A stretch of 64,000 nt of DNA from Thermodesulfobacteriota bacterium (GTDB taxonomy: Bacteria > Desulfobacterota_D > UBA1144 > Nemesobacterales > Mycalebacteriaceae). This document shows, piece by piece, positions 32,567 to 41,938 of the stretch (position 1 is its first letter; each line of letters opens with the position of its first letter). Both the position numbers and the translations under genes were made by a program. Under the pieces are notes generated by a model. That model worked only from the letters and a program-made list of their open reading frames with translations, ran no database searches and had not been told where the DNA came from. The stretch spans positions 1,056,001 to 1,120,000 of the forward strand of contig OZ242184.1 in NCBI GenBank assembly GCA_965205855.1. The letters are read 5' to 3'.

Positions 32567-33559
32567 TTAAGAAGGCTCAGCAGAATCCGAACCGTCAACG
32601 GAGCGTTTTGATCCAGTCCCGTGTAAAAGGTCTTTCGGCACGCTGAAATGCACCCCCTCTCTGACTCCGTCCAGCTCTTTGACAACGGCGGCATCTGTCC
32701 ATTCGTGCAGGCGTAAGGCAATTTCCTCCACTATCCTTTCGGGAGCCGATGCACCGGCGGTAAGGCCTATTTTGTTCGCTCCTTCAAGCCATTGCCTGTC
32801 TATGTCTTCGACGCCATCCACAAGATACGCTCGCACGCCGAGAAGTTGAGCAACTTCCCGCAGACGGTTTGAATTGGAGCTTGTTTCGGAGCCGACAACA
32901 AAAACAACATCGCAGTCTGCCGCCATTTTTTTTACTGCATCCTGACGGTTCTGAGTCGCGTAGCAGATATCATCTTTTTTCGGCAACCGGATTTGCGGAA
33001 ATTTCTCTCGCAACCGTTCAATAAGCGACCGCGTATCATCCACCGAAAGCGTGGTCTGGGTAACATAGGCAAGTTTTGACGGGTCTTCCACGACAAGCGC
33101 GTCAATATCCCCGGCGTTTTCAACAAGGTGTACTCCGTCCTCTGACTGTCCGAGGGTTCCCTCAACTTCGGGATGCCCTTCGTGCCCTATCATTACAATC
33201 TCATATCCGCTCGCGCGAAGACGGGAAACCTCGGCGTGAATTCGTGAAACCAGAGGACAGGTGGCATCATATATGTTCAATCCCCTGTTTTCGGCAATGA
33301 GGCGAATGCGGCGCGAAACTCCATGAGCGGAAAAAACAAAAGGCAACCCCGAAGGAACGCTTTGGGGGTCTTCTATGAAAATCACTCCGCGTTTTTTAAA
33401 ATCATCAACAACGGTCTTGTTGTGAACAATTTCATGCTTCACATAGACGGGCGCGCCGTGTTTCTCGAGAACCTGCTCAACAATTGCTATTGCCCTTTCC
33501 ACTCCCGCGCAGAAACCCCGCGGGTTGGCAAGCGAAACCGACTTCACCGGACCGCTCAT
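32567..33559 (-). CDS. ispH: 4-hydroxy-3-methylbut-2-enyl diphosphate reductase
   Basis: PRGFCAGVERA, DATCPLV, HPEV, DICYATQNRQ and SSNS motifs. Confidence 0.98.
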   Translation of the reverse strand: MSGPVKSVSLANPRGFCAGVERAIAIVEQVLEKHGAPVYVKHEIVHNKTVVDDFKKRGVIFIEDPQSVPSGLPFVFSAHGVSRRIRLIAENRGLNIYDATCPLVSRIHAEVSRLRASGYEIVMIGHEGHPEVEGTLGQSEDGVHLVENAGDIDALVVEDPSKLAYVTQTTLSVDDTRSLIERLREKFPQIRLPKKDDICYATQNRQDAVKKMAADCDVVFVVGSETSSNSNRLREVAQLLGVRAYLVDGVEDIDRQWLEGANKIGLTAGASAPERIVEEIALRLHEWTDAAVVKELDGVREGVHFSVPKDLLHGTGSKRSVDGSDSAEPS

Positions 33560-34893
33560 ACCACAATCTCTCCCCGAAGAGAATTGGCAAGACCGTCCGT
33601 TACGCACACGGTGGCGAGTTTCCCGGTCAAATTACTCTCTCCGATAAAGTTCACTATCCTGTTGTGAGTGGTGCGTCCTGCCATCCAACCGTTCTGGCGC
33701 CTACCGGCGCCAGATACGAGAACTTCCTCACATTTTCCCTTTCTCGCGCGGTTGAGCTCAAGGGTTATTTCCCTCTGTCTTTCCTGAAAAAAATTGAGAC
33801 GTCTTTCCGCGATATTGGGTTTTATACCGTGGGGAGACACCGCTGCGGGAGTTCCGGGACGCGGGGAAAATTTGAATGAAAAGGAGCTGTCAAAACGCAC
33901 CTTTTCAAGCAAATCCATTGTCTGCATGAAATCTTCTTCGGTTTCTCCGGGAAAACCGATTATAACATCGGTTGAAACCGCTATGTCGGGAATCGAGTCT
34001 CTGAGACGGTCAACTGCCTCAAGATACCATTTGACCGTGTAGGTGCGGTTCATAAGTTTCAGAATTCTGTCCGAACCGGACTGAACCGGCAAGTGTATGT
34101 GTCTGCAGACCTTGGGAACTTCCCTCATGGCATCAACCATTTTTTTTGTTATGTCGCGCGGATACGGGGTTGTAAAGCGAATTCTCTCAAGCCCTTCAAT
34201 CTCGCCCGCGACACGCAGAAGGTCTCCAAACCTCATTTCCTTTTCCTTCCATGAATTGACCGTCTGCCCGACAAAGGTTATTTCCCTCGCCCCGCCTGAA
34301 ACAAGAGATTGTGCCTCGGAGATTATCCCGCTTAGAGGCCTGTTGACTTCGTTCCCTCTCACGGTCGGCACTATGCAATAAGCACATCTTTTGTTGCATC
34401 CCTGCTGAACTGAGACAAAGGCGCTGACCTTTGATTTGTCAATCTCGGGGGAGATTTCGAAAGTTTCCTCAACATCAAAAGAGGTTTCCGACCTTACGAC
34501 CCGTTCCCGCTCTCTCGACTGCTCTATGTCGGCTACTATGGCGGGAAGTTTGGAAATGGCTCCGGGCCCTATGACAAAATCCAGATGCGGGTTTTTTTTC
34601 AGTATGGCGTCTCCATATAACTGGGCGACGCATCCCGCCATTCCTATTACAATTTCGGGATTTTCACTTTTCAATTTCTTGAATTTCCCTACGCTGCTAA
34701 ACGCCTTGTGGTCCGCCTTTTCCCGTATCGCGCATGTGTTTACGACTATGTAATCCGCCGCGGACGGGTCGGAAGTTCTCTCCGCTCTGAGGGCGGCACG
34801 AATTCTGTCCGAGTCATACTCATTCATCTGACACCCGTAGGTCTCAATATAGAGCAAAGGGTTACTTTGCCGGATAATGTCACTCTTTATCAT
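33556..34893 (-). CDS. miaB: tRNA methylthiotransferase MiaB
   Basis: TYGCQMNEYDS, NTCAIRE, GCVAQ and CNKRCAYC motifs; TRAM domain. Confidence 0.97.
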   Translation of the reverse strand: MIKSDIIRQSNPLLYIETYGCQMNEYDSDRIRAALRAERTSDPSAADYIVVNTCAIREKADHKAFSSVGKFKKLKSENPEIVIGMAGCVAQLYGDAILKKNPHLDFVIGPGAISKLPAIVADIEQSRERERVVRSETSFDVEETFEISPEIDKSKVSAFVSVQQGCNKRCAYCIVPTVRGNEVNRPLSGIISEAQSLVSGGAREITFVGQTVNSWKEKEMRFGDLLRVAGEIEGLERIRFTTPYPRDITKKMVDAMREVPKVCRHIHLPVQSGSDRILKLMNRTYTVKWYLEAVDRLRDSIPDIAVSTDVIIGFPGETEEDFMQTMDLLEKVRFDSSFSFKFSPRPGTPAAVSPHGIKPNIAERRLNFFQERQREITLELNRARKGKCEEVLVSGAGRRQNGWMAGRTTHNRIVNFIGESNLTGKLATVCVTDGLANSLRGEIVV

Positions 34894-34976
34894 TGTAAAA
34901 CCCGGCGGTATTATTACATACTATGGAGTTGATTAGAAAGTAGCACGCGCAAAACCGCACGAGACCGGTCGTAAAA

Positions 34977-35180
34977 ATGAAAAGTCAAAATCACTGGAAA
35001 GTTGTTCTTCCCCTCACGTTATTCCTCGCGAGTCTGGCGTTCATCCCGCAAGTAATTCCCGGCGGAATCCCCGAGCCGTATATTTTAAAGATACCGAGAA
35101 CGCTCTGGGCCGGTATGGCAATATCAGTGTCAATATACGCCGTGCTTATAGTCGCGATGATTCTGTCAAAGGAGGATTGA
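34977..35180 (+). CDS. Small two-TM protein, probable accessory subunit of the SSS transporter
   Basis: Two hydrophobic segments; ends 3 nt before the symporter start. Confidence 0.7.
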   Translation: MKSQNHWKVVLPLTLFLASLAFIPQVIPGGIPEPYILKIPRTLWAGMAISVSIYAVLIVAMILSKED

Positions 35181-35183
35181 CTT

Positions 35184-36608
35184 ATGAGCAATGGAATGAC
35201 ATTTATAACGGTCGCTCTTATATATTTTGCGGTTCTCATCACCCTTGCAGTGTTGGGAAACAGGAAAAACAAGGGCGACGAGCATCAGTTTTTTCTCGCA
35301 GGCGGAAGCCTCGGCACGGCAATCGGGTTCCTGACTTTTTTCGCCACGCTTTACAGCACTTTCATCCTGATAGGGATGCCAAATTTTTTCCGCGTCCACG
35401 GGGTTGGAACATGGATATTCCTCGGCGTAACAGACATGACGCTTGCAGTTTTCACCCTGTGGCTTTGTTTTAAACTGAAAGACAGAGTGGCGTCAAAAGA
35501 TTTCCGCAGCATGTCGGATTTGATAAGAAACTCATTTGGCGGACACGGGGTTGCTGTCTATGTAATCGGCCTCGTGATTTTTCTCATTCCATACATCGCC
35601 ATTCAAATCAAAGGCGCATCCGGGCTTCTTGCCGAAATCGTTCCGTATCCCGTCCCTCAGTGGAGCTGGGCTCTTATCATTCTCGCCCTTATGTTCTTTT
35701 ACTCTTCCATCGGCGGACTCAGGGGAATTATGTATTGCGATGCGCTTCAGGGAATTATGCTTTTCACTGTGATTTGGATAATGGCGGCGATTGTTCTGTC
35801 CAAATTCGGCGGAATGGGAGCGCTTTTTGAGGCGGTGAGGGAAACGGATGAAAAACTGCTTTCAGTTCCCGGGCCAAAAGGATTGCTGTCCGTTCAGTGG
35901 CTGCTTGCGGGGTTCATATCCATAGTTCTGCTTCCGGTCTCACAGCCGCAATTAACCTCCCGGCTTTCCATTCTCAAGGGAATAAACGAGAGACGTAAAG
36001 TTCCGGTTCTGCACGCCTCTTTCACCTTTTTGCTTCTGATTGCCGGGCTTATAATCGGACTTTACGGAGCCGTGGAAATTACGGCGAAAAGCGGTCCAGA
36101 ATTCATCGGCAAACTCATCCTTGAGCAAAACGCCGCCATCGGAGCGGTGGCGCTGATTGGAATTCTTGCCGCGGCTATGTCAACCTCGGATTCGCAGTTT
36201 TTTGCTTTGGGCTCCGAAATAAATCAGGCATTTTCAAAAGGCGGGGAGAAACTCGGCGTTTCACCCGTGGTTTTCGTCAAAATGATCATACTCGTGTTTT
36301 GCGCCGCGGCTTTCATAGTTGCGATTAAAAGTTCAAAGGGAATCATCTCGCTTGCCTTGTCCGGTTTCATGGGAACCGCCCTTATGGCTCCCATGGTTCT
36401 CACATCCATACTTGTCAAAACAAAAAAATTCAGCCCTCTTATTCCGGCAATAACAGTCGTAAGTCTGGTTGTCTTTTTGTTCTCGCTGTTCGGTTTAACC
36501 CCGAAAACGGTTGCGGGATTGCGCCTTGACCTTGCGCTTCTTTCCTTCAACTCTGTGGCAACGCTGATTGCGGTTTATGCGGGAGCGGAAAAGGCGCGGA
36601 GAGCCTGA
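35184..36608 (+). CDS. Sodium:solute symporter family protein
   Basis: FFLAGGSLG, ATLYS.F...G.P, GGLRG...D.LQG and AAAMSTSDS motifs. Confidence 0.93.
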   Translation: MSNGMTFITVALIYFAVLITLAVLGNRKNKGDEHQFFLAGGSLGTAIGFLTFFATLYSTFILIGMPNFFRVHGVGTWIFLGVTDMTLAVFTLWLCFKLKDRVASKDFRSMSDLIRNSFGGHGVAVYVIGLVIFLIPYIAIQIKGASGLLAEIVPYPVPQWSWALIILALMFFYSSIGGLRGIMYCDALQGIMLFTVIWIMAAIVLSKFGGMGALFEAVRETDEKLLSVPGPKGLLSVQWLLAGFISIVLLPVSQPQLTSRLSILKGINERRKVPVLHASFTFLLLIAGLIIGLYGAVEITAKSGPEFIGKLILEQNAAIGAVALIGILAAAMSTSDSQFFALGSEINQAFSKGGEKLGVSPVVFVKMIILVFCAAAFIVAIKSSKGIISLALSGFMGTALMAPMVLTSILVKTKKFSPLIPAITVVSLVVFLFSLFGLTPKTVAGLRLDLALLSFNSVATLIAVYAGAEKARRA

Positions 36609-36613
36609 GCCCC

Positions 36614-38434
36614 GTGCCTGAAACCCCGGACTTCAAAACTCAGACTTCCTCCCTGCCCTCATCCTGTGGCATATATATAATGAAAAACCCGGACGGGCGG
36701 GCAGTCTATGTCGGCAAGGCGTCAAATATCAAAAGCCGCGTACGGTCTTATTTAAGACGCGGAAAAGACTCAAGACCCCAAATTGAATACCTTATGCGCG
36801 AGGCGGCAAGTGTTGACTGCATAGTAACGAAAGACGAACACGAAGCACTTATCCTTGAAAACTCGCTTATCAAAAAACACAAGCCGAAGTTCAACATACA
36901 GTTGAAAGATGACAAAACCTACGCCTCTCTACGGCTTTCAATGAATGAGGATTTTCCCCGCGTTTCACTGACCCGCCGCATCCGGAGCGACGGCGCGTCT
37001 TATTTCGGTCCCTTCGCGCACGGAGGGGCGTTGAAGAGAACTGCGAAAATTGTCCAGAAACTCTTCACCTTAAGAGACTGCTCAAACACAAAATTCAAAC
37101 GCCACAGAAACCGCCCCTGCCTTAGTTACGATATGCGTCTCTGCTCGGGGCCTTGCGCGAGCATGATAGACAAAGACCAATACCGTGCCCTGTGCGCCCG
37201 CGCGGAAGTTTTTTTGAGAGGAAACAGAGGCGCGGCAGTGTCCGTCCTGAAAAACAAGATGAAAGAAGCGTCCGATGAAATGAGATATGAAGATGCGTCC
37301 CACTACAGAGACCATCTTAAGGCACTGCTTGCAAACGGCAGCCTCGGGAAAGTGGTTTCCTCAAATTTTACAGACAAGGATGTGATAGAAATGGAGGCGG
37401 ACGAAAGATCTTTTGAGTTTGTGGTTCTTTTTTACAGAAGCGGCGGAATAACCGACAAGACCGGGTTTTCGGTAAAAAATACGGGAGCCAAGTTTCCCCA
37501 GGCGCTTGGCGAGTTTATGGGAAGGTTCTACGACGCGGGAAGGCAGATTCCGCCCGAAATAGTTGTAAAAACTGCGCCGGAGCACAGGCAGTCATATGAA
37601 AAATGGCTCGCGCTCAAACGGGGCGGCGTGGTAAGAGTCATTACGCCATCAAGGGGATTGAGAGCGAAACTGCTCCGGCTCGCATCTGACAATGCCGCCG
37701 ATGCGCTCAGAAAGAAACGGTTCTGCGAAAAGAAGAAGGGGAACGTTCTCACCGAACTGAAAAAGTCGCTCAAACTTTCAAAAACGCCGCTTTCAATAGA
37801 GTGTCTGGACATATCAAACATTCGGGGAAAACAAACAACCGGTTCGGTGGTGCGTTTCACCGGAGGCGAGCCGGACAAACAACACTACAGGCGCTACAGA
37901 ATAAAAACCGTTTCCGGAGCGGATGATTTTGCAAGCATAAAAGAGATGCTTTCAAGGCGTCTTCTGAGAGCAAACGAAGAAGGCTGGGAGTTGCCGAATT
38001 TGATACTCATAGACGGCGGAAAAGGACAACTGTCCGCCGCGGTTGAAACAATGAAAAAATTTGGTTTTGACCGTTCCACAGACATAGCCGCAATCTCTAA
38101 AGGGCGCGCGAAAAAACAAGGTGACTCAATCTACACTCCGCGAAGAAAAACCCCGTGGACCCCAGTAAAGAACAGAGAGGGGCTTTTTCTTTTAATGAGA
38201 ATTCGCGATGAGGCACACCGTTTTGCCATCGGCTACCATAAAAAATTAAGGAAAAAAGATTTCCTTAAATCGCGTCTGAATACGATACCGGGAGTCGGCG
38301 AAAAACGTGAAAAAATTCTGCTTAATCATTTCGGCTCGGTTGAAAGAATAAAGGCCGCGACAGCGAAGGAGATATCCTCGCTTCCCGGAATGAACGAAAA
38401 AATCGCCGGAAAAATAGAAAAATCTCTGCGGTAG
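36614..38434 (+). CDS. uvrC: Excinuclease ABC subunit C
   Basis: GIY..YVGKA, IECLDISN, LILIDGGKGQL and RDEAHRFA motifs; HhH domain. Confidence 0.98.
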   Translation: MPETPDFKTQTSSLPSSCGIYIMKNPDGRAVYVGKASNIKSRVRSYLRRGKDSRPQIEYLMREAASVDCIVTKDEHEALILENSLIKKHKPKFNIQLKDDKTYASLRLSMNEDFPRVSLTRRIRSDGASYFGPFAHGGALKRTAKIVQKLFTLRDCSNTKFKRHRNRPCLSYDMRLCSGPCASMIDKDQYRALCARAEVFLRGNRGAAVSVLKNKMKEASDEMRYEDASHYRDHLKALLANGSLGKVVSSNFTDKDVIEMEADERSFEFVVLFYRSGGITDKTGFSVKNTGAKFPQALGEFMGRFYDAGRQIPPEIVVKTAPEHRQSYEKWLALKRGGVVRVITPSRGLRAKLLRLASDNAADALRKKRFCEKKKGNVLTELKKSLKLSKTPLSIECLDISNIRGKQTTGSVVRFTGGEPDKQHYRRYRIKTVSGADDFASIKEMLSRRLLRANEEGWELPNLILIDGGKGQLSAAVETMKKFGFDRSTDIAAISKGRAKKQGDSIYTPRRKTPWTPVKNREGLFLLMRIRDEAHRFAIGYHKKLRKKDFLKSRLNTIPGVGEKREKILLNHFGSVERIKAATAKEISSLPGMNEKIAGKIEKSLR

Positions 38435-38438
38435 AATT

Positions 38439-38822
38439 TCAGCCCTTCCGCTCTATCAGTTCAATCTTGTAACCGTCGGGGTCTTCCACAAAAGCGAGCA
38501 CCGTCTTGCCGTGCTTCATCGGCCCCGGCGGACGTACAACATTCCCACCAAGGTCAGCGATTTTCGCGCACGCGGCTTCTATGTCCTCAACGGCAAAAGC
38601 CATATGACCGTATGCGCCTCCGTGTTCATACTCTTTCACACCGTAGTTGTATGTGAGTTCAAGAAACGGCTCGGTGTTTCCGCCGTATCCGAGAAACGAA
38701 AGGGAAAATTCACCACCGGGATAGTCCGTTGTGCGGTGATGCGTAAGCCCCAGAACCTGTGTATAAAAAAGGATTGACCTTTCCGGGTCTCCCACTCTTA
38801 TCATTGTGTGCAGATATTTCAT
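38439..38822 (-). CDS. gloA: Lactoylglutathione lyase (glyoxalase I)
   Basis: [20 protein letters not shown] and [13 protein letters not shown] motifs. Confidence 0.95.
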   Translation of the reverse strand: MKYLHTMIRVGDPERSILFYTQVLGLTHHRTTDYPGGEFSLSFLGYGGNTEPFLELTYNYGVKEYEHGGAYGHMAFAVEDIEAACAKIADLGGNVVRPPGPMKHGKTVLAFVEDPDGYKIELIERKG

Positions 38823-38827
38823 AACTT

Positions 38828-39160
38828 TCAGGAAAACTGCCCGGCTATTGTGTTGCTGTAGTAATAGTTAATCAGTGTTTCAAGACGGACGCAAAAAAAT
38901 TCAACGGACTTTGCGCACGCATCGGTGTCCCATTCTTTGTTTTCCCGTTTTTCAAACCAGTTTCCAAACCCCTCGGCAAAAGACTCCTTGAGGGAATCGC
39001 CTTCCTCTCTCAAAACTGCCTCAATGATTGTTTTGTCCTGAACATCGTATTTTTTGTTTTTTATCGCGGCTTCGAAATCGGTGAAAAGCGATTCGGGCTT
39101 GTCTCCGGGAAAACCGGCAACGCAGGATTTGAAAATTTTGGAAAGGTTTGAAACGCACAT
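38828..39160 (-). CDS. Hypothetical protein
   Basis: 110-aa ORF that fills the gap, co-oriented with and 5 nt from gloA. Confidence 0.65.
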   Translation of the reverse strand: MCVSNLSKIFKSCVAGFPGDKPESLFTDFEAAIKNKKYDVQDKTIIEAVLREEGDSLKESFAEGFGNWFEKRENKEWDTDACAKSVEFFCVRLETLINYYYSNTIAGQFS

Positions 39161-39242
39161 ACGAGTTGACCGCTAAAAATCACAGCCATTTTTTTGCCAA
39201 TTTTCGGACGGAGAAACTTTATCAAACTCCGCGAGTTTATTT

Positions 39243-40274
39243 TTATTTCTCTCCACCAAAACCTCCAATCCCTTCAATAATTCCCTTTACCAATTTTATA
39301 GAAGCTTCAATATCGCTTTTGTAAGCAATTGAGCTTGGACTGTGCAAATACCTTGTCGGCACGGACACAACCGCCGCTCTGCTTCCCTTGCCGGTTACTT
39401 GCATCGCGGTCGCGTTTGTTCCACCCGCTTTTTTTACAGTGATTTGAGACGGAATTTTCTTTTTATCCGCAACGGACTTAATGAAAAAACTGAACTCCCT
39501 GTCCGCCACAAGAAAGCGGTCTGAAAGCCGGATTTCCGGCCCCTTCCCTATATTCGCGAGAGATTTATGCGCCGGAATTCCGGGCAGGTCCATCGCCACG
39601 GTTCCCTCAAGAGCCACGACAAAATCCGGCTCCAGAACCGGCGTGATAATCCGCGCCCCCCTCAATCCCGATTCTTCCTGAACGGTTATTGTGACAAAAA
39701 GTTCGCAACTCAGTTTCGGCTTCGCGGCAAGCGCCTCAAGTATTAGGAAAATTCCCACCCTGTCGTCAATAGCGCGGGAAATAACCGCATCTTCAGTCTC
39801 TTCCAGCTCGGTATCAAAAGTTACTGGGTCGCCTATGCGGACATATTTTCTTACCTTGCCCACAGAAATCCCAAGGTCAATAACGCAGTCCTCCACTTCC
39901 GGAACGCCGCGGTCGCCGCTTGTTTTACTTATATGCGGGGGAATCGCCGCAACCATGGCGCGAAGCGGTTTTTTCCCGAAAACAACAAGACGCTGTCCGT
40001 AGAAAACCCTTGAGTCCATTCCTCCGAGAGCATGCACGCGTACAAACCCCCTGTCATCTATATGGCTTACCATAAAGCCCACCTCATCCATATGGGCGTC
40101 AATAACCAGCCGGGAGCCTTTGCCTCCCAGACGCGCCGTAACATTTCCCAAAACATCAACGGATATGTCTTTTGTATGTTTGCGAAGCTCCGAGACAGTA
40201 AAATCCCTGACAGCTCCTTCGTCTCCCGAAATTGATGAGAAGTCGCAAAGTTTCTTCAGAAGTTTTGTGTTCAT
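39243..40274 (-). CDS. M42 family (TET-like) metallo-aminopeptidase
   Basis: AHMDEVG, DDRVG, QEESGLRGA, GGTNA and RYLHSP motifs. Confidence 0.93.
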   Translation of the reverse strand: MNTKLLKKLCDFSSISGDEGAVRDFTVSELRKHTKDISVDVLGNVTARLGGKGSRLVIDAHMDEVGFMVSHIDDRGFVRVHALGGMDSRVFYGQRLVVFGKKPLRAMVAAIPPHISKTSGDRGVPEVEDCVIDLGISVGKVRKYVRIGDPVTFDTELEETEDAVISRAIDDRVGIFLILEALAAKPKLSCELFVTITVQEESGLRGARIITPVLEPDFVVALEGTVAMDLPGIPAHKSLANIGKGPEIRLSDRFLVADREFSFFIKSVADKKKIPSQITVKKAGGTNATAMQVTGKGSRAAVVSVPTRYLHSPSSIAYKSDIEASIKLVKGIIEGIGGFGGEK

Positions 40275-40377
40275 AAGGTTTTTATTATAGCCGAAAAGAG
40301 TATTGAAACCTTAAAAACGCCAACTGCTTCGGGTTTTGTGCTGTCCGCTTTAAGTATAATACCGCCAGAGATTGAAC

Positions 40378-41640
40378 ATGGAAAACATTCCACTTGCCGA
40401 GCGTATGAGGCCGCGCTCTCTTGATGAAGTTGCCGGACAGAGCCATCTTGTGGGACAAAACGGCATTTTGCGCCGCACGATTGAAAGCGATAGTGGCTCC
40501 CGCTCAATAATACTCTGGGGACCTCCGGGAACGGGAAAAACCACTCTTGCACGTGTTATCACGGGAACGGACGGAGCGGAGTTTATCCACATGGACGCCG
40601 TTTCCTCCGGCGTGAAAGAGATAAGGGCGGCTCTGGAACGTGCCTCCGAAGTAAAGGCAAATGGCGGCGGCGCTGTTCTTTTCATAGATGAAATACACAG
40701 GTTCAACAAAGCCCAGCAGGCGGCCCTGCTGAGAAGCGTTGAGGAAGGCGAAATCGCCCTTATCGGAGCGACAACGGAAAACCCTTCTTTTGAGGTTATC
40801 TCTCCCCTGCTTTCAAGGTGCACCGTTTACAAGCTTGAGCCGCTCGGAGAAAACGATTTGTCCCGGATAATAGACAGGGCGCTTGAAAAAGATGACGCGG
40901 TAAAAGGGGCGGAGATAACCCCCGAAGCAAAAAAAGAGATGATCTCACTGTGCGCAGGAGATGCAAGAGCGCTTCTGAACGGACTTGAAACGGCGGTTTC
41001 AATATGCGCGGGGAAAGTGGACACGGAAACCGTAAGGGAAGTTTACCAGAAGGGAGTCCGCTATGACAAGGGCGGAGACGAACATTACAATACAATTTCG
41101 GCTTTTATAAAAAGCGTTAGAGGCGCAGACCCCGATGCCGCCCTCCACTACTTGGCGCGTATGCTTGACGCCGGAGAGGAGCCGCTTTTTATAGCGAGGC
41201 GGCTCATAGTTCTCGCGTCCGAAGACATTGGCAATGCCGAGCCGTATGCGCTTACACTTGCGACTGACTGCTTCACAGCCGTGAATTACATAGGAATGCC
41301 CGAAGCACGTATTGTGCTTGCGCAAACGGCGACATATCTGGCAAGCTGTCCGAGGAGCAACGCCTCATACGCGGGGCTGAAAAAAGCTGAGGAAGATGTG
41401 AAAAAATATCCGGGGCTTGAAATTCCGATGCACATAAGAAATGCGCCGACCCGTCTGATGAAAAACATGGGTTACGGAAAAGGATACCAATATCCGCATA
41501 ATGAAAAAGATGCTTTTTCGGGTCAGGAAAATTTGCCAGAGAAAATTAAAGACAGGATTTATTACAAGCCGTCAGAAAGAGGAAGGGAAGCGGCATTGAA
41601 AAAAAATCTTAATGAGAAATGGGGGAAGCGGAGGAAGTAA
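40378..41640 (+). CDS. rarA: Replication-associated recombination protein A (MgsA)
   Basis: PLAERMRP, GPPGTGKTT, DEIHRFNKAQQ, ATTENPSF and SEDIGNA motifs. Confidence 0.97.
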   Translation: MENIPLAERMRPRSLDEVAGQSHLVGQNGILRRTIESDSGSRSIILWGPPGTGKTTLARVITGTDGAEFIHMDAVSSGVKEIRAALERASEVKANGGGAVLFIDEIHRFNKAQQAALLRSVEEGEIALIGATTENPSFEVISPLLSRCTVYKLEPLGENDLSRIIDRALEKDDAVKGAEITPEAKKEMISLCAGDARALLNGLETAVSICAGKVDTETVREVYQKGVRYDKGGDEHYNTISAFIKSVRGADPDAALHYLARMLDAGEEPLFIARRLIVLASEDIGNAEPYALTLATDCFTAVNYIGMPEARIVLAQTATYLASCPRSNASYAGLKKAEEDVKKYPGLEIPMHIRNAPTRLMKNMGYGKGYQYPHNEKDAFSGQENLPEKIKDRIYYKPSERGREAALKKNLNEKWGKRRK

Positions 41641-41658
41641 AACCGCTTCCCCCATTTC
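41616..41658. terminator. 16-bp hairpin overlapping the rarA stop, between convergent genes
   Basis: GAAATGGGGGAAGCGG-N11-CCGCTTCCCCCATTTC. Confidence 0.6.
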
Positions 41659-41696
41659 CACTCCACATAGGAGCGCAGGGACTATAAATTATCAAA

Positions 41697-41861
41697 TTAG
41701 AATTTGTAGTAGATACGCCCCGTCAAACCACTAAAAAAATCAGGATCATCAATATCATAGCCAATGAAGCTGTACTCCACACCTATTGAAAACTTGCCAT
41801 GCACAGGCACACGAAAACCAGTTATTCCACCATAGGCAAGAGCTCTATCTGAATTGATCAT
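41697..41861 (-). pseudogene. C-terminal remnant of an outer-membrane beta-barrel protein
   Basis: Translates ..ALAYGGITGFRVPVHGKFSIGVEYSFIGY...SGLTGRIYYKF*: amphipathic strands with a terminal YxF signal. No N-terminal part is present. Confidence 0.6.
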
Positions 41862-41901
41862 CCGTTTCCCTTTCCCCGAGAAGAGCGGCGTTCATACGTG
41901 A

Positions 41902-41937
41902 GTCCTTCTCCCTTTGGGAGAAGGACAGGATGAGGGG
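41902..41937. repeat. GC-rich palindrome (REP-like or terminator) directly after the icmF stop
   Basis: GTCCTTCTCCC-TTT-GGGAGAAGGAC followed by AGGATGAGGGG. Confidence 0.55.
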
Positions 41938-41938
41938 A

